Positions 26,659 through 40,139 of a DNA stretch of 64,000 nt are shown in pieces. The stretch lies in NCBI GenBank assembly GCA_038087875.1, contig JAXLNO010006158.1, positions 1-64,000 of the forward strand, written 5' to 3'. The notes beneath the pieces were generated by a model that worked only from the letters and a program-made list of their open reading frames with translations, was not told the origin of the DNA and ran no database searches. Made by a program: the position numbers and the translations under genes. The DNA comes from Malacoraja senta (taxonomy: Eukaryota). The stretch's first letter is position 1; every line of letters begins with the position of its first letter.

Positions 26659-26978
26659 AAGGCCCTGTCCCACTGTACGAGCTAATTCAAGAGTTCTCCC
26701 GAGTTTCCCCTGATTTGAACTCGGAGAATTACGGTAATTGCCGGTCATAGGTACTTGGGGCTCTCGTGGACATTTTTCAACATGTTGAAAAATCTTCACG
26801 AGTCTTCACGAGCTTACCGCGTTTCCCAAGTACCACCTGCCGTTAGCGTTACGAGCCGCTAGGAGACTTCCCGAGCTCCGACATACCCGCTACGTACATT
26901 CTACGTGCTTACCACGAGTTTAATTTTTTTTTAAACTGGGGAGAGCTCTTGAATTACCTCGTACAGTGGGATAGGCTT
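26659..26978. mobile_element. MITE, PIF/Harbinger-like ends
   Basis: About 40-bp TIRs (GGCCCTGTCCCACTGTACGAGCTAATTCAAGAG versus the reverse complement of the right end), no coding capacity. Superfamily assignment is tentative. Confidence 0.65.
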
Positions 26979-27224
26979 TCAATTTTCTTTTTAAAAGGCA
27001 GTACATTGAGGCAACTGGCAGAATTGGTGCCCCTCTGCTACAGCAACTTGGATTCAATCCTGATCTCGGGTACAACGTGTATCATTTTCTTGTTCTCCCT
27101 ATGACACGTGGATCTCCACCAAATGCTCCGTTCCACCTATATCTCAAAGACATGCGAGTTGGTTGGTTAATTGCATTTTGTAAATTGCCCAGTGTGTGAT
27201 TGGATGACAGATGTTGTCTATGTT

Positions 27225-27535
27225 TAGCTTAGTTTAGAGATACAATGAGGAAACAGACCCTACAGCCCACCGGGCCTGCACCGACCAGCGATTCCACATT
27301 TTAACGCTACCCTACACACACTAGGGTAATTTTACCTTTTATACCAAGCCAATTAACGTACAAACCTGTACGTCTTTGAAGTGTGGGAGGAAACCGAAGA
27401 TCTTGGAGAAAACCTACGCAGGTCACGGGGAGAACGTACAAACTCCCATTTAGAAAAGCACTTGTAGTCAGGACTGAACCCAGGTCTCTGGCACTGTAAA
27501 GCAGTAGCCTTACGACTATGCCACCATGCCATCCT
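27225..27535 (-). mobile_element. HE1-type V-SINE
   Basis: Reverse-complement SINE head, V-domain and tail. Confidence 0.8.
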
Positions 27536-27774
27536 TCAGCAAGGCCCCACATGGGTGGCTGGTCCATTAGGTTGGAAAACCTGGGATCCAGGGTGAGCTA
27601 GTCAATTGGACACAGAGTTGGCTTGGTGGTAGGAGTCAGAGAATGGTAATGCAGGGTTGTTGTTTTTTACATAGGAAGCCTGTGACCAGTGGTATGCCTC
27701 AGGGACTGATGCTCTGATGTCATTCAGTCACACACAGTGCTCTCAGACTGATTAATGATTTCAATTTGCAGAAA

Positions 27775-27905
27775 TGAAAGAGATGAAGGAAAGAGAGATA
27801 GAGCTGAGGGATGAGAGATGGAGAGATAAATAGATGGAGAGAGATAGGGAGATAGAGAGATAGATATATAGTGAGATGGAGAGCGATGATAGATAGAGAG
27901 AGGGA
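27775..27905. repeat. (GA)/(GATA)-rich low-complexity tract
   Basis: Purine-rich degenerate microsatellite. Confidence 0.8.
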
Positions 27906-28777
27906 TAATGTGATTGATACTTGTTGAGAGCAGAGCTGAAAATAGGTGAGGTGCCCTTGGAAAACAGTGTGGACACAGGATGTCTGGGGATGGCCATTTT
28001 ATAAAGGGAGTACACTATGAAGGAAAATAGATCAATGTTAAGAGTTCTCAAGCCAGATAAGCAAAACTAAGATGTGTTTTGTTATTCAGCCCCTGGAATG
28101 AGTGGCAACTTGAATTTCTTGATTTTCTTTTCAGAGTTCAGACCTTGGATTAGAGTCTATTGTGCAACATATCAGCTGAGCCCCTGGACAGATTAATGGT
28201 TGCCTGTTCAACATTCTGTACAACTGTAACACGACACCCCAACCCTAGTCCTCAGTACCATGGCTGAGGAAACAAGGCATAACATATACTCTGTGTAGGG
28301 ATGAACAGCAGATGCTAATTTAAACCGAAGATAGACACAAAAAGCTAGAGAGACTCAGCGGCAATATTTTTGGAGAGAAGGAATGGGTGACGTTTTGGGT
28401 CGAGGCGATTCTTCAGACATATATTCCCTTCACTACCCTATCAAACTATGATGCCATTTTCAGGGAACTATGTAATTGTACACCAAGGTACAGCTCCATT
28501 TACAATCCTGCAATAGATTTGGCCAGCCCTGATTTGACTTCCCAAAAGGCATCAAATCACACTTGTTTGAGTTAGATTTCAACTGGCATTCCTTCCCCAC
28601 ACCCCCTCACCTCCCATCCCCTCACCTCCATACCTTTCCGGTTGATCAACATTATTTTGTAATCTTAGACAACAATTATCATTACCTAATATACTTATCA
28701 ATTTTGGTGTCAACTCTGGCAAAGAATCCAAAGATACTTTATGTACATTCAAGAGTCAATATTGTTTTATTGTCATA

Positions 28778-29303
28778 CTAGACCAAGTGCAGACCGGGTC
28801 TGCTCCCCCAACGAAATATTCCAGTACTCATCCGTTCCCCCAACGCAACCCGTTTGGCTTAAAAAAAAACTTTAATCATTATGAGGGGGAGGGGGCAGGG
28901 GGTGTGGCACTCGGCAGCTTGAGAGCCCATCATGATTGGTGCACTGGAGGGGGGTGGGGAGGGGGGAGGGAGGGTTGGAGCACTGGAGTGCCCATCCCTC
29001 CTGGAGTGGCCCTGTCCTACCTTGCGAGTGCATTGTGAAGTCACTCGGATTTTGTTTCCAAAATGGAAGAGTTTGAAGAAATCAGACTGTTTAAAAAAAT
29101 TTAACGATTAATAACTTCGGAAATATAGGTGGAAATGTGACGGGAAGATGTTTATCGCCACCACGGGAAAAATGTGAGTACGACGTGTGAAAATGAGAAA
29201 GCTGTGGCCTAGCATTAGGAAGAAGATAGGAATTAACCAGATTGACACACACAGAGACACACCGTGGGCACAAACAAGCCAAAGACTTTTAGTTATATAG
29301 AGA
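28778..29303 (-). mobile_element. Non-autonomous Helitron
   Basis: 5' TCTCTATATAACT, 3' CTAG, hairpin GCAGAC-CCG-GTCTGC 7 nt before CTAG, inserted at A|T with no TSD. Confidence 0.8.
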
Positions 29304-29659
29304 TGTCCTAGATAGAACAATGACATTCTTACTTGCAGCAGCACAACAGAATATGTAAACATAGCACACTGTAAACAATATAAGAAACAAGAAATAAAAA
29401 TATCTGGGTGTGTATATATATACACATACTCACAAATACACATATATACAGATCATATTCATATATATATATATATATATACACACACTCACTCGTATGT
29501 ACACACAAAAAAACAAACAATAATGGTGCAACAATAACAATAATAGTCTATGTAGTTAAGAGCTTGTTTAAGGCTGTAGTGTTTAATAGCCTAAAGGCTG
29601 TAGGGTAGAAGTTATTCCTGAACCTGGCGTTACAGTTTTAAGGCTCCTGTACCTTCTAC

Positions 29660-30420
29660 ATGATGTGCTGGAAATCCTAAGACATATGAAAGTAGATAAT
29701 TCACCCAGACCTGATCACATATATCAGAGGACAATGTGGGGAGCTAGAGAAGAAATTGCAAGCGCCCTGACTGAGAGATATGAATCATTGTTAGACATGG
29801 GTGAGGTGCCGGATAACTGGAGGTTGGCAATTGTTGTGCATCTATTTAAGAAGGACTACAGGGCAAAACCTAGAAACTATAAATCAGTGGGCCTACAATC
29901 TGCGGTAGGTAAGTTACTGGAGAAGATTCAGAGAGAGAAGATAAATATGCATTTGGAGAGACGGGGGCTGGTCAGCGTGGTTTTGGACATGGGAGATCAT
30001 GCCTCACCAATCTGGTAGTTTTTGGAAAAAGTAACCAAGAAGGTTGATGATGATAAGGTCATAGACATTGTGCATATGGTCTTCAGCAAGGCCTTTGATA
30101 AGTTTCTGCATGGTAGGCTGCCCTTGATGATTAGAGCTCATGGCATTCAGGGAGAACTAGCTGCCTAACCAATGAATTAGGTTCATGGAAGGAAGCATAG
30201 GGTGATAGTGGAAGTGCTTTTCACACAGGAGGCCTGTGACTAGAGGTGTCCCTCAGGGTTCAGTGCTGGGCCCATTGCTGATGGTTTATATGAGCAACTT
30301 AGATGAAAATGTGCAGCATGATTAGAAACTTTGCAGATGACATTGACATAGTTGGTATCATAAACAGTGAACATAGTTATCAAAAATTACAGCTGGATCT
30401 TGATCAGTGAGACAATGGGC
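29660..30420 (+). mobile_element. CR1 LINE internal RT fragment, degenerate
   Basis: DNSPRPD...VPDNWRLAIVVHLFKKD...NYKSVGL motifs. Confidence 0.75.
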
Positions 30421-30429
30421 TGAAGAATG

Positions 30430-30960
30430 GTTAATGGAGCTTCCAGGCCTGACCTACTGACACTGTTGCTGATGCCACCATCGGCCCACAAAGCTTCCAG
30501 GCCATGTTTGCCTCCAACCTTCACCTGTACTCTAGCCCCTCGTGGGCCCATTGACTCCGCCGATCCTCGCCTCGTCACCGGCCACCAGCCGGCCAAAGAC
30601 ATCAACTCACATGGTTTGCAGTCCCAGCTTTCGGCCATTGGCCCCTACAATGTATGGTAGAGCTGTCTGGGATCCTTCCCCCCCCCCCCCCCCCTGCGAC
30701 TTCCTTCTGATACAGAACAGTCAGTCTTCAACAGAGGCCTTACCTTTGTATCCCTACATCCCCACTTCAACGAGTTCAGGGCTTACCATGATGTAGAGCT
30801 CTTCTTCAGTTGCCTCCGCTTCCGAGCCTTTTTCTACGGGAAGGAGTCCTCACCTCCCAGTGAAAACACCGTCCTCCGTATCCAACATTCCCCCTCCTCT
30901 ATGACCCCCTGTGCCGGCCTTCTACCCTCTCCCGACCTGTTTATTTCGAACTGCCGGCAT
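30430..30960 (+). mobile_element. Penelope-like element 5' fragment (ORF N-terminus)
   Basis: SDTEQSVFNRGLTFV...FF..LR.RAFF resembles the N-terminal conserved block of PLE ORFs; frameshifted. Confidence 0.55.
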
Positions 30961-31829
30961 GACATATCTCTAAACCAAACTCAATTATGAACAAATGGTG
31001 ATTCAATTCTAAGTCAGGATGGATCCCAGGTCAGGTTCCCACACATCTGCTGACCTTGTTGTTCTTGTGCTTGAGATGTTGAGTTTGGAATGTTCTGATG
31101 GGCTAGATGACACGTATCTGCAGTGTGTTTTGTCGCTGGTTAAAGCTTGTGGTGCAGTGAATAAACGAGGAAATGAAATTGAGCATTGTGCAATCAACAG
31201 CAGACAATCACTTTTGACTTTATAATGGAAGGAAGGAAGGAAGGTCACTAAAGTCCCAGGTCTTGATTACTGAGTACTCTACATTTTCCAGGCACCTAAC
31301 ATTGATTTACCTTGATTGGGTTACTTGGTATCTGCATAAGGAATGGGAACAGCTTCAAACAATCTACTTGATTGTCGTTAATTCATTTTAGTAATAATAT
31401 CATAGAGTCATAGAGTGATACAGTTTGGAAACAGGTCCTTCGGCCCAACTCGCCCACACCGGCCACCAATGTCCCAGCTACACCAGTCCCACTTGCCTGC
31501 GATTGGTCCATATCCCCCCCAAACCTGTCCTATCCATGTACGTCCAACTGTTTCTTAAACAATAGCATAGTCCCAGCCTCAACTCCCTCCTATGGCAGCT
31601 TGTTCCATAAACCCACCACCCTTTGTGTACCCCTCGGATACCTATTGAATCTTTTCGCCTTCACCTTGAACCTATGTCCTCTGGTCCTCGATTCCCCTAC
31701 TCTGGGCAAAGTAATCTATGCATTGAATAACAGTTGATTGCGTTATCATTTCAATGTGTGCTGATCTTTCAGGAAACGTTCCAAGTCAATCCATGTTCAT
31801 CACACTCATGTGTTAAAGAAGGAACTGCA

Positions 31830-32140
31830 GATGCTGGAAAATCGAAGGTACACAAAAATGCTGGAGAAACTCAGCGGGTGCAGCAGCATCTATGGAGCGA
31901 AGGAAATAGGTAACGTTTTGGGCCGAAACCCTTCTTCAGACTGATAGGGGGTGGGGAGAAGAAAGGAAAAAAGGAAAAGGCGGAGGAGGAGCCCGAGGGC
32001 TGGGGGAGGGGAGGAGACAACCAGATGGCTGATGAAGGGGAGGGGACAGCCAGGGCTAGCAGAATTGGGAGAATTCAACGTTCAGGCCACCAGGATGTAG
32101 ACTGCCCAAGCGGAATATGAGGTGCATTTCCTCCAATTTC
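31830..32140 (-). mobile_element. Penelope-like 3' end
   Basis: Same terminal repeat and GIY-YIG C-terminal sequence as 17450-17760. Confidence 0.75.
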
Positions 32141-32989
32141 TCATAGTCACTTTGAGGTAACATTGGCTGGGCAGGTTGTCGCTTCTAGTAATCTTGATAA
32201 GGAATGTCAGGTCAAGTGTACAATGCTCAATTATTTCATAAAGTCAGATTCAAGTTAGGGCCGTGGACCAGTGTCTGTTCCATGCAAGATTAATCCTGAT
32301 ATTGTGAACTTTACACTAATACCAAATAATGTGGGCTAAACCCTGCAGCCCCAAACCAGTGCTGCCACCAAAGCAATAGGTTATAAGGTCAAGTTAAATC
32401 TCTACATTGTTTACAACTTTGGAGTTTTGATTTATGCAAAATGTTAGTGGAAATGTGGTAACTCTTGTGTATTGTCTCAATGTAATCTATATTTCCTGTA
32501 GTCTTGTACTAAAGTATGATTGTCCTTGTGGATTGTAAATGTTTGACAGAACTGTATGCAAACAGGAATTTCACTGAACCCAGGTATATGCGACAATAAA
32601 GTACCATTGAACCATTGAATCAATGCACCCACTGTCACGAATACATAAGCAGGTTATAGTCAAGAATGATTTTAAAATTCATTTGCCCAGGTTTATGCAC
32701 AGGTATGAAGTATTAATAGTCTCAGTTCAGTTTAGTTTATTGTGAAACAGTGAAAGCTGTTTACAGTGAAAAGCTTTTGTTGTGTGCTAACCAGTCAGCA
32801 GAAAGTCAATACATGATTGTAATTGATCTGAAGATAGACACAAAAAGCTGGAGTAACTCAGCAGGACAGGCTTTAATCCCATTTTTCTCCCTCAGTCCAA
32901 CACACTGAACACAATGGAAATTAGCTGACTGACCGGAGATGTGTTCTCCATGACTTTGCACAACTCAAGCTGTGGAAGCTCTACAGAGC

Positions 32990-34500
32990 TGTAGATGTTT
33001 TGTACATGGATTTCAGAAAGGTATTCGAAAAGGCTCCGCATGGTAGGCTGCTCTGGAAGATTTGATCACATGAGATCCAAGGAGAGATAGCTGAATGGAT
33101 AGCAAATGGCTCCATGGAAGGAAGCAGAGTATGATGGTGGAAGGTTGCTTCACTGATTGGAGGAGTGTGACTAGTGGTGTGACTCAGGGTTCGGTGCTGG
33201 GCCCGTTACTGTTTGTCATCTACATAATTGATTTGGATGATATAATTATCCAAGATTAGCGAGTTTGCTGATGATACACAAGTGAGTGGTTTTGCAGATA
33301 GTGAAGATGGTTGTGAATGATTGCAGGTAGACAATGGTTGTGAACGATTGCAGCAGGATCTGGATCGATTGGCCAGTGGGCCGAGGAATGGTTGATGGAA
33401 TTTAATACAGAGAAGTGTGATGTGTTGCTTTTTGGGACGTCTAACACAGTAAATGGTCGGTCTCTGGGGAGTGTTGAGAGGAGAGGGATCTAGGAGTACA
33501 AGTGCAAGGTTCCTTAAATGTCGAGTCACAGGTAGATAAGGTGGTCAAAAAGGCTTTTGGCACATTGTCCTTCATCAGTCAGAATAATGAGTACAGAAGT
33601 TGGGAGGTCATGTTGCAGTCCTATAAGACGTTGGTGAGACCGCATTTAGAATATTGTGTTCAGTTCTGGGCACCATGTTATAGGAAATATATTGTGAAGG
33701 TTGAAACTGGTCAGAAAATATTTACAAGGATGTTGCCAAGACTAGAGGGTGTGAGTTATAGGGAGAGGTTGAGTAGGCTGGGTCTCTATTCCTTGGAGCG
33801 CAGGAGGATGAGGGGTGATCTTGTAAGAGGTATACAAAACCATGAGAGGAATAGTTCGGGTAGATGCACAGAGTCTTTTGCCCAGAGTAGGGGAATCGAG
33901 GACCAGATGACATAGTTTCAAGGTCAATGGGAAAAGATTTAATAGGAGTCCGAAGGGTAACTTTTTCACACAATGTGTGGTGGGTGTATGGAACAAGCTC
34001 CCAGAGGAGGTAATTGAGGCTGGGACTATCCCCTCGTTTAAGAAACAGTTAGACAGGTACATTAATATGACAGGTTTGGAGGGATATGGACCAAAGGCAG
34101 GCAGATGGGGCTAGTGTAGCTGGGACATGTTGGCCGTTGTGGACAAGTTGGGCCAAAGGGCCTGTTCCAAAACTGTATCACTCCATGACTCCATAACTAA
34201 ACCAGGGGCCACAGTCTTAGAATAAAGGGGAGGTCATTTAAGACTGAGGTGAGAAAAATCTTTTTCACCCAGAGAGTTGTGAATTTATGGAATTCCCTGC
34301 CACAGAGGGCAGTGGAGGCCAAATCACGGGATGGATTTAAGAGAGAGTTAGATAGAGCTCTAGGGGCTAGTGGAGTCAAGGGATATGGGGACAAGGCAGG
34401 CATGGGTTATTGATAGGGGATGATCAGCCATGATCATAATGAATGGCGGTGCTGGCTCGAAGGGCCGAATGGCCTCCTCCTGCACTTATGTTTCTATGTT
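32990..34500 (+). mobile_element. CR1 LINE fragments (32990-34190 and a second 3' end at 34200-34500)
   Basis: RPHLEYCVQFW and LERRRMRGDL motifs; two 3' UTRs. Confidence 0.85.
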
Positions 34501-35049
34501 TAAAAGTCATGGAAGGAAGGAGATAATTTTCATTGGAGATGGGTTGTATGATGTGAAAGAGTTCATCGAATGTAACATTTCTGTTTGCATTCGACTAGGT
34601 CAGTTTATCTTGGCATTACATTCGGGATATACATTGTGGGCCAAAGGGTGAGTTCCTGACCTGTAATATTCTGTATTTGATAGTCTACAAAGCACACATT
34701 CACCCTGCCTCTGTTCCTGTACCTCTTCTGACTGATCTGTTGGGCTGAGACTCCAGCCCCAACCTCTTACACAATGTGAGATTTGTGGAATGACAAATAC
34801 ATTTCCATCACTTAGTGACTGGAGCACCTCAGGCACTGGGCCAAGTGTTTGCTGATAAACTGTCCACTATTGCCTGGGGTCTTGAGTGAACAAGCCACTC
34901 TTTCAATATCTTCTCATCTATCTAAAAGATCAAGTAACAGGGTGGAACGTAATTAATTCAATTTGAAGTTCATATTTATGTTATAAAATTAGATATGATA
35001 AATATAGATTAATTGCATAAATGTAGCTGTCATTGATAAGCTTGATCTG

Positions 35050-35206
35050 TTCACACCATTTTGAATCACATGCCCCGTTCAAAAATTCCTCCATTCACAC
35101 CATTCTGAATCACATACCCCATTCAAAAATGCACCCACCAACACCATTCTGAAGAACATCCCCATTCAAAATATTAGCCATTCACACAATACTGATTCAC
35201 ATACCA
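35050..35206. repeat. 44-bp minisatellite, about 3.5 copies
   Basis: ACAC anchor at 35053, 35097, 35141 and 35184. Confidence 0.75.
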
Positions 35207-37709
35207 AATGTGCTGGAAGGAACTGCCAGTTTACATGGAAGACAGACACAAAATGCTGGAGTAACTTACAGGCAGCATCTCTAGAGAGAAGGAATGGGTG
35301 ACATTGTGGGTCGAGACCCTACTTCAGACCAAGATGTGTTCAGATCCAATAGACTACTTTTAAATTTTATAAGTTCACATTTCCATCCAAATCCCACTGA
35401 CTCACATTTCACAGTCAACATCTCCATTCTCATTGACATGCGATTTACACATAGGCCAGGAGGATTTTTCCCCCCAATGGATCTCAACCCAAAACATCAC
35501 CCATTACTTCCATCCAGAGCTGCTGCCTGTGCCTGTGAGTTACTACAACATGTTGTGTCTATCTTTGGCTTAAACCAGCATCTGCAGTTCCTTTGTTTAC
35601 ATTAAGAATGTTTTGGACTTGTTTAGCATGGTTTGAACTCATTGTTTGAAACAGAATTCATTAACATTGTCCAATAGGGAGAGTGAGTATTTCTTGAAGT
35701 AAATGCCACAATTTGTTTGCTTTTCCTTGTGAAAGGCTGTGTTTGGTATTGGGTTTCCTGAATTCAACTGTAATCAATATCAGACTGACAGACAAAACGC
35801 CTTGTTCTCGCCATTAACTATGGAGTAACATGCAGTCTAGTTCAGGCTAGGCTGTCATGTCTCCCAGTAAATGGAAATAGCTCTCAAACATACCATGTGT
35901 GAACTGATCCTCAAAGTTCAGTCATGTGAGAAAGGTATTGTAGAGAGTGTGTCTCCTTACAGCTAAGTAGATGGGACGAATGGCCTAATTCTGTTCCTAT
36001 CACTTATGATCTTATGAACTTATGATTGAGTAAATAGCTGTCTGTAGTATTAACAATGACAAAACAAGTATATAGCTCAGTGTAGCATGCTAACGTCTTG
36101 GTAAAACTCATTCAAAAGTATTTTATTAAATGCTCATAATTCAGAAATGACACTGGTGGATATACAATTACATTCTCGGTCTGTTGCACATAAAACACTT
36201 CCACAGCTATTACACCACATCTTTGATAATGAGTATTGTTACCAGTGATCTGTCGGGTCAACAAAACACAGCCCCCATACGTTACCATGTTCCATAAATA
36301 TTCACTGGACATGGTACTGCGATGTTGTCTATGTGGAGTTTGCATGTTCTCCCTGTGACCACGTGGGATTTCTCCCGGTACTCCGGTTTCCTCGCACATC
36401 TCAATGATGTACAGGTTTGTAGGTGAGTTGGCCTTTGTAAAATTGCCCTAGTGTATGGAAAGCAGATGTGAAAGAGGGATAACATAGAACTGGTGTGTTG
36501 GATGGTTGGTATCAACTCGATGAGCTGAAGGCTCTGCATCCATGCTGTATAACTCAACTAAACTAAGCAATATTATGTAAGCTGTGGTGTAGAGCGTGGT
36601 TCGTATTGAAAACAAAGATCCTTGTTGACTGGCCCATCAAATACTTGAAGCACTGAGTGAAGCATTAAATGCAAAGGCAATTACTTCTCCACTACACCAT
36701 CAGGTATGTGAACAAGGAATGCAGCTTACAGTATGTGACAAAGAGAAGTGGCAAAATAACTAGGAACGAACTGCAGATGCAGGTTTAAACCAAAGATAGG
36801 CTCAAAAAGCTGGAGTAACTCAGCGGGTCAAACAGCATTTCTGGAGTCTGAACAAGGGTCTCATCCCGAAATGTCACCTATGTCTTGTATCCAGAGATGC
36901 TGTCTGATCCGGTGAGTTTCTCCAGCTTTTTGTGTCTATCTCAGGCAAGATATGTATATGATGTTTGAGAGGCTTTTAGATTGACAAACTGATCTGCAGG
37001 AAATAGAGGGATATGGATCATGTTGCAGTTGGATGGGATCAGTTTAGCATCTCATCATGTTCACCACAGACATTGTGGGCCAAAGGGCCTCTTCCTGAGA
37101 TGAACATTTTTATGTTTTATATAAAATAAGATTAATAATCAGCTGTAAGCCCCCTTGAACAGACTGCATCATTCAATAACATTACGTCCAATCTGATTTC
37201 GATCAGTTTACTGCATTATTCCTGCTACCTTTGATTCATTTCTGATCTAAAACTCTCTATATCTCAACCTGGAAAATATTCATTCACCTTGTCTTCACAG
37301 CTGGAATAGAAAGTTCAGGCAAATCATACACCTCCTGGAAAATAAATCTTCTTCGTAGCTATTTTAAAGAAGAACCTGGCAAGGGAGGACTGCCGAGAGC
37401 AAAGAGGGTCTCGGGGTGGGGGTGGGGGGGGGGGCTGATAATACAGGTGAACCCAACATGGAGTGGCTGCCGAGAACAAAGATGGTCCCGGGGTTGGGGG
37501 GCCGTTGATAACACAGGTGAACCCAACATGGAGGGGCTGCCGAGAACAAAGAGGGACCATTGGGGACTGTAATGATTACTTTGTAACTGTGTCGACACCC
37601 TATACATGGTGACTCTTTCTATACCTTGTGTATGTTATGCAAAACAAAGAATTTCACTGTGACATGACACATATGGTAATAAAGTATCAATCAATCAAAT
37701 GGGCGACCT

Positions 37710-37715
37710 TTTATT
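37710..37715 (-). terminator. Candidate polyadenylation signal of the class I-like gene
   Basis: AATAAA on the minus strand in non-repeat sequence about 570 bp past the stop. An alternative lies at 36122-36127. Confidence 0.3.
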
Positions 37716-37844
37716 CCAAAATGTGGCGCAATGTATGACTTTGGAATCACAGGGTAACTGCAGTGAAGACAGCACTTGAAAAATTAATGGCTAAATGTAA
37801 AGTCATCAGTCAGCATTGATACAATAAAGAGCATAGAACATAGG

Positions 37845-38315
37845 ACAGTACAGCACAAGAACAGGCCCTTTGACCCACAATGTTTGTGCCGAACATGATG
37901 CCAAGACCAATTGTTATCTGCTTGCACATAATCCATATCCATCCATACCCTGCATATACATGTGCCTATCTAAAAGTCTCTTAAATGCCACTATCATATC
38001 TGCTTCCCCCACCACCCCCGGCAACACATTCCAGTCACTCACCACCCTTGGCGTAAAACACTTGTCCTGCACATCTTTTTTAAACTTTGCCACTCATTGT
38101 AAAGCTATACCTGCTCTTGTTTGATATTTCCTTCCTGGGTAAAAAGTCTGATGGTCTACCCTATCTCTACTCCTCCCAGTTTGATATATTACTGTCAGGT
38201 CTCCCACCAATCCCCGACATTCCAGAGAAAACAATCCAAGTCTGTCCAACTTCTCCCTGTGGCTAATACCCCACTAATCCAGGCATCATTCCGGTAGACC
38301 TCCTCTGCATCCCAA
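37845..38315 (-). mobile_element. Old 5'-truncated CR1 overlapping the end of the class I CDS
   Basis: Minus strand TGCAGAGGAGGTCTACCGGAATGATGCCTGG corresponds to the CR1 QRRFTRMMPG segment and continues to the CR1 3' tail. Confidence 0.8.
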
Positions 38316-38506
38316 CGGAAGCTGGTTGTGCTTCATGGTCCTCTCCTGGTCTCTGCTGTTGCCAGCTGGTCCCTGTTCATTGAAAGGTTTTATCTTTTTC
38401 TTCTTCTTCCAGCAACCAATTCCAAGGATGATCACCAGGAGAATGAGAGGAACGATTACAGCTCCAGTCACGATCCTAATCTTTATATCTTCTTTCGCTG
38501 CCATCT
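38286..38506 (-). CDS. MHC class I-like gene, exon 5 (connecting peptide, transmembrane, cytoplasmic tail, stop)
   Basis: caacag| phase-1 acceptor. (E)MAAKEDIKIRIVTGAVIVPLILLVIILGIGCWKKKKKIKPF...GLPE*: a hydrophobic helix followed by a poly-Lys stop-transfer. The five exons total 1083 bp = 360 aa + stop with no internal stop. Confidence 0.85.
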
Positions 38507-38756
38507 CTGTTGGCATATATAGTTCATTTTAAACATTTATTGATCAATTACGACTTTGAAATGATTTTATTATCTACATTAAACTAGCATTGTTCACATC
38601 TAAATAAAAAGTAACAAAGTCTTAGATTTATGTAATTGTCCAGACGATGGATGTTTAAATAGATCAATGAAAAATCTTTGAAGTTCATATTAGCGTTGAG
38701 ATTTTATCTGCAGCATTTAATTATGAATTTAAAGAATCAAGCATATGTCAGAAATA

Positions 38757-39590
38757 AAGATTCAAGATACAAGATATTTTATTAGTCACATTCACATACA
38801 CCCAGGTGTAGTGAAGTGAAATGCTTTTTGCCATTATGCAGCACACAAAAAAGAGAGAGAATACAGACACAACACCAAGATAGTCTTAACACTGAACATC
38901 CCCCCACAATGGGTCCCACCATGAGGGAAGGCACAAAGTCCAGTCCCCAACCCCAGTTCACCCATAGTCGGGCCCATTTAGGCCTCCACAGTTGCCTCTA
39001 CGGAGGCCCGATGTTCCAGGCCGTTCTCGCCGGGTGATGTTGCTCCAGCGTCGGGAGAGTCCTCCCAGCGGCCTGGGAACCCTGGAACGGCCGCTTCCGC
39101 ACTGGGGGCCGCGGCTTCTGAAGCCAACAAGGCCGAGCCGGTTGGAGCTCCACAACTGGCGCTCTCATCTAGAGATCCCAGGCTCCCGGTGTAAAGTTCA
39201 GCGCCGCCGCCCGCGGCTGGTCGCTCCACAGTCCCGCAGCTCCGCGATGTTTTCTCCAGCGATCCTCAGCTCACCGGAGCTCCAGCGCGGCGACCCGGGC
39301 AAGGCACCGCCCGCTCCGCGATAGCGCTCCAGCGCTGTGCCGAAGCCGAGGCTCTGGGCGGTCCCCGACAGGAAACGCCGCTCCAGGCCCGCTGGTAGGC
39401 CGCGAGGACGGGTCGAAGCTGCAGCCCGGAGAAAAGCTGCCTCTCCGGCCAGGTAGGGACCCTGAAAGGTAGTTTCCCCCCCACACAAAAAAGTCTAGAC
39501 CTCCAAAACAAAACACTTTACTGACTAAAATAAAAAATAAAGGTGAAAGGACAGACAGCTGCTGGCTGGGCAGCCGCACACAGGTCAGCG
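38757..39590 (-). mobile_element. CpG-rich non-autonomous element with a Rex1/L2-type 3' tail (intron 4)
   Basis: GC-rich body; 3' end CATTTCAC...GTGACTAATAAA + (TCTTGA)n on the minus strand. Confidence 0.6.
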
Positions 39591-39603
39591 CCCCCTGGTG
39601 GTC
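39586..39603 (-). promoter_or_regulatory. CTCF-like core motif
   Basis: GACCACCAGGGGGCGCTG on the minus strand, essentially the CTCF consensus. Confidence 0.6.
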
Positions 39604-40139
39604 TATTTGCAGTGTAGAGGTCAACAAGGCTATTTTCTTATGTTGACCATTGTTATTTTAGCAAATAAAAGTGAACCCATTTATAGTTGATAAAACTTCA
39701 AAGGTTTTAAACTTTGCTGATATTTCAATATCTGAGAGTTTGATATTCTCACACACACACACTCTCTTTCTCTCCCTCCCCCTCCCCCTCTCTCTGTCTC
39801 ACACGCATGAGCGCACACACACACACACACGCACACTCAGACATTAACACTACTGTCTATTTGTACTGACCAGCAATTTTAACCATGTCATCTTGGCCCT
39901 GGTGTGAAGATATTTGCAGAGGTCTTGACTGGAACAAATAAGTCAGCTACAGAACAGGTGCTGCTACTTCAGACTGATAATGGGGTTGGATGTGGCACCA
40001 CTATTGGCCTTTTGTGCAACTAACTACTATTAAAAAATTAGCTAGATGCCCAAGAAATAAGATAAGAGACCTTGGCCAGGATCAGCCTATCTTGCTTCCT
40101 ACATTTAGATGTGAGTTAAGGGTGACATAAGAATAATTT

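Noticed and set aside
28120-28205. Plus-strand acceptor (ttttcttttcag) with a short open stretch
   Set aside because: Early stops, weak donor, no recognisable product.
38958-39627. Cluster of overlapping R/P/A/G-rich ORFs
   Set aside because: GC-rich repeat with open frames on both strands, no domain and no splice support.
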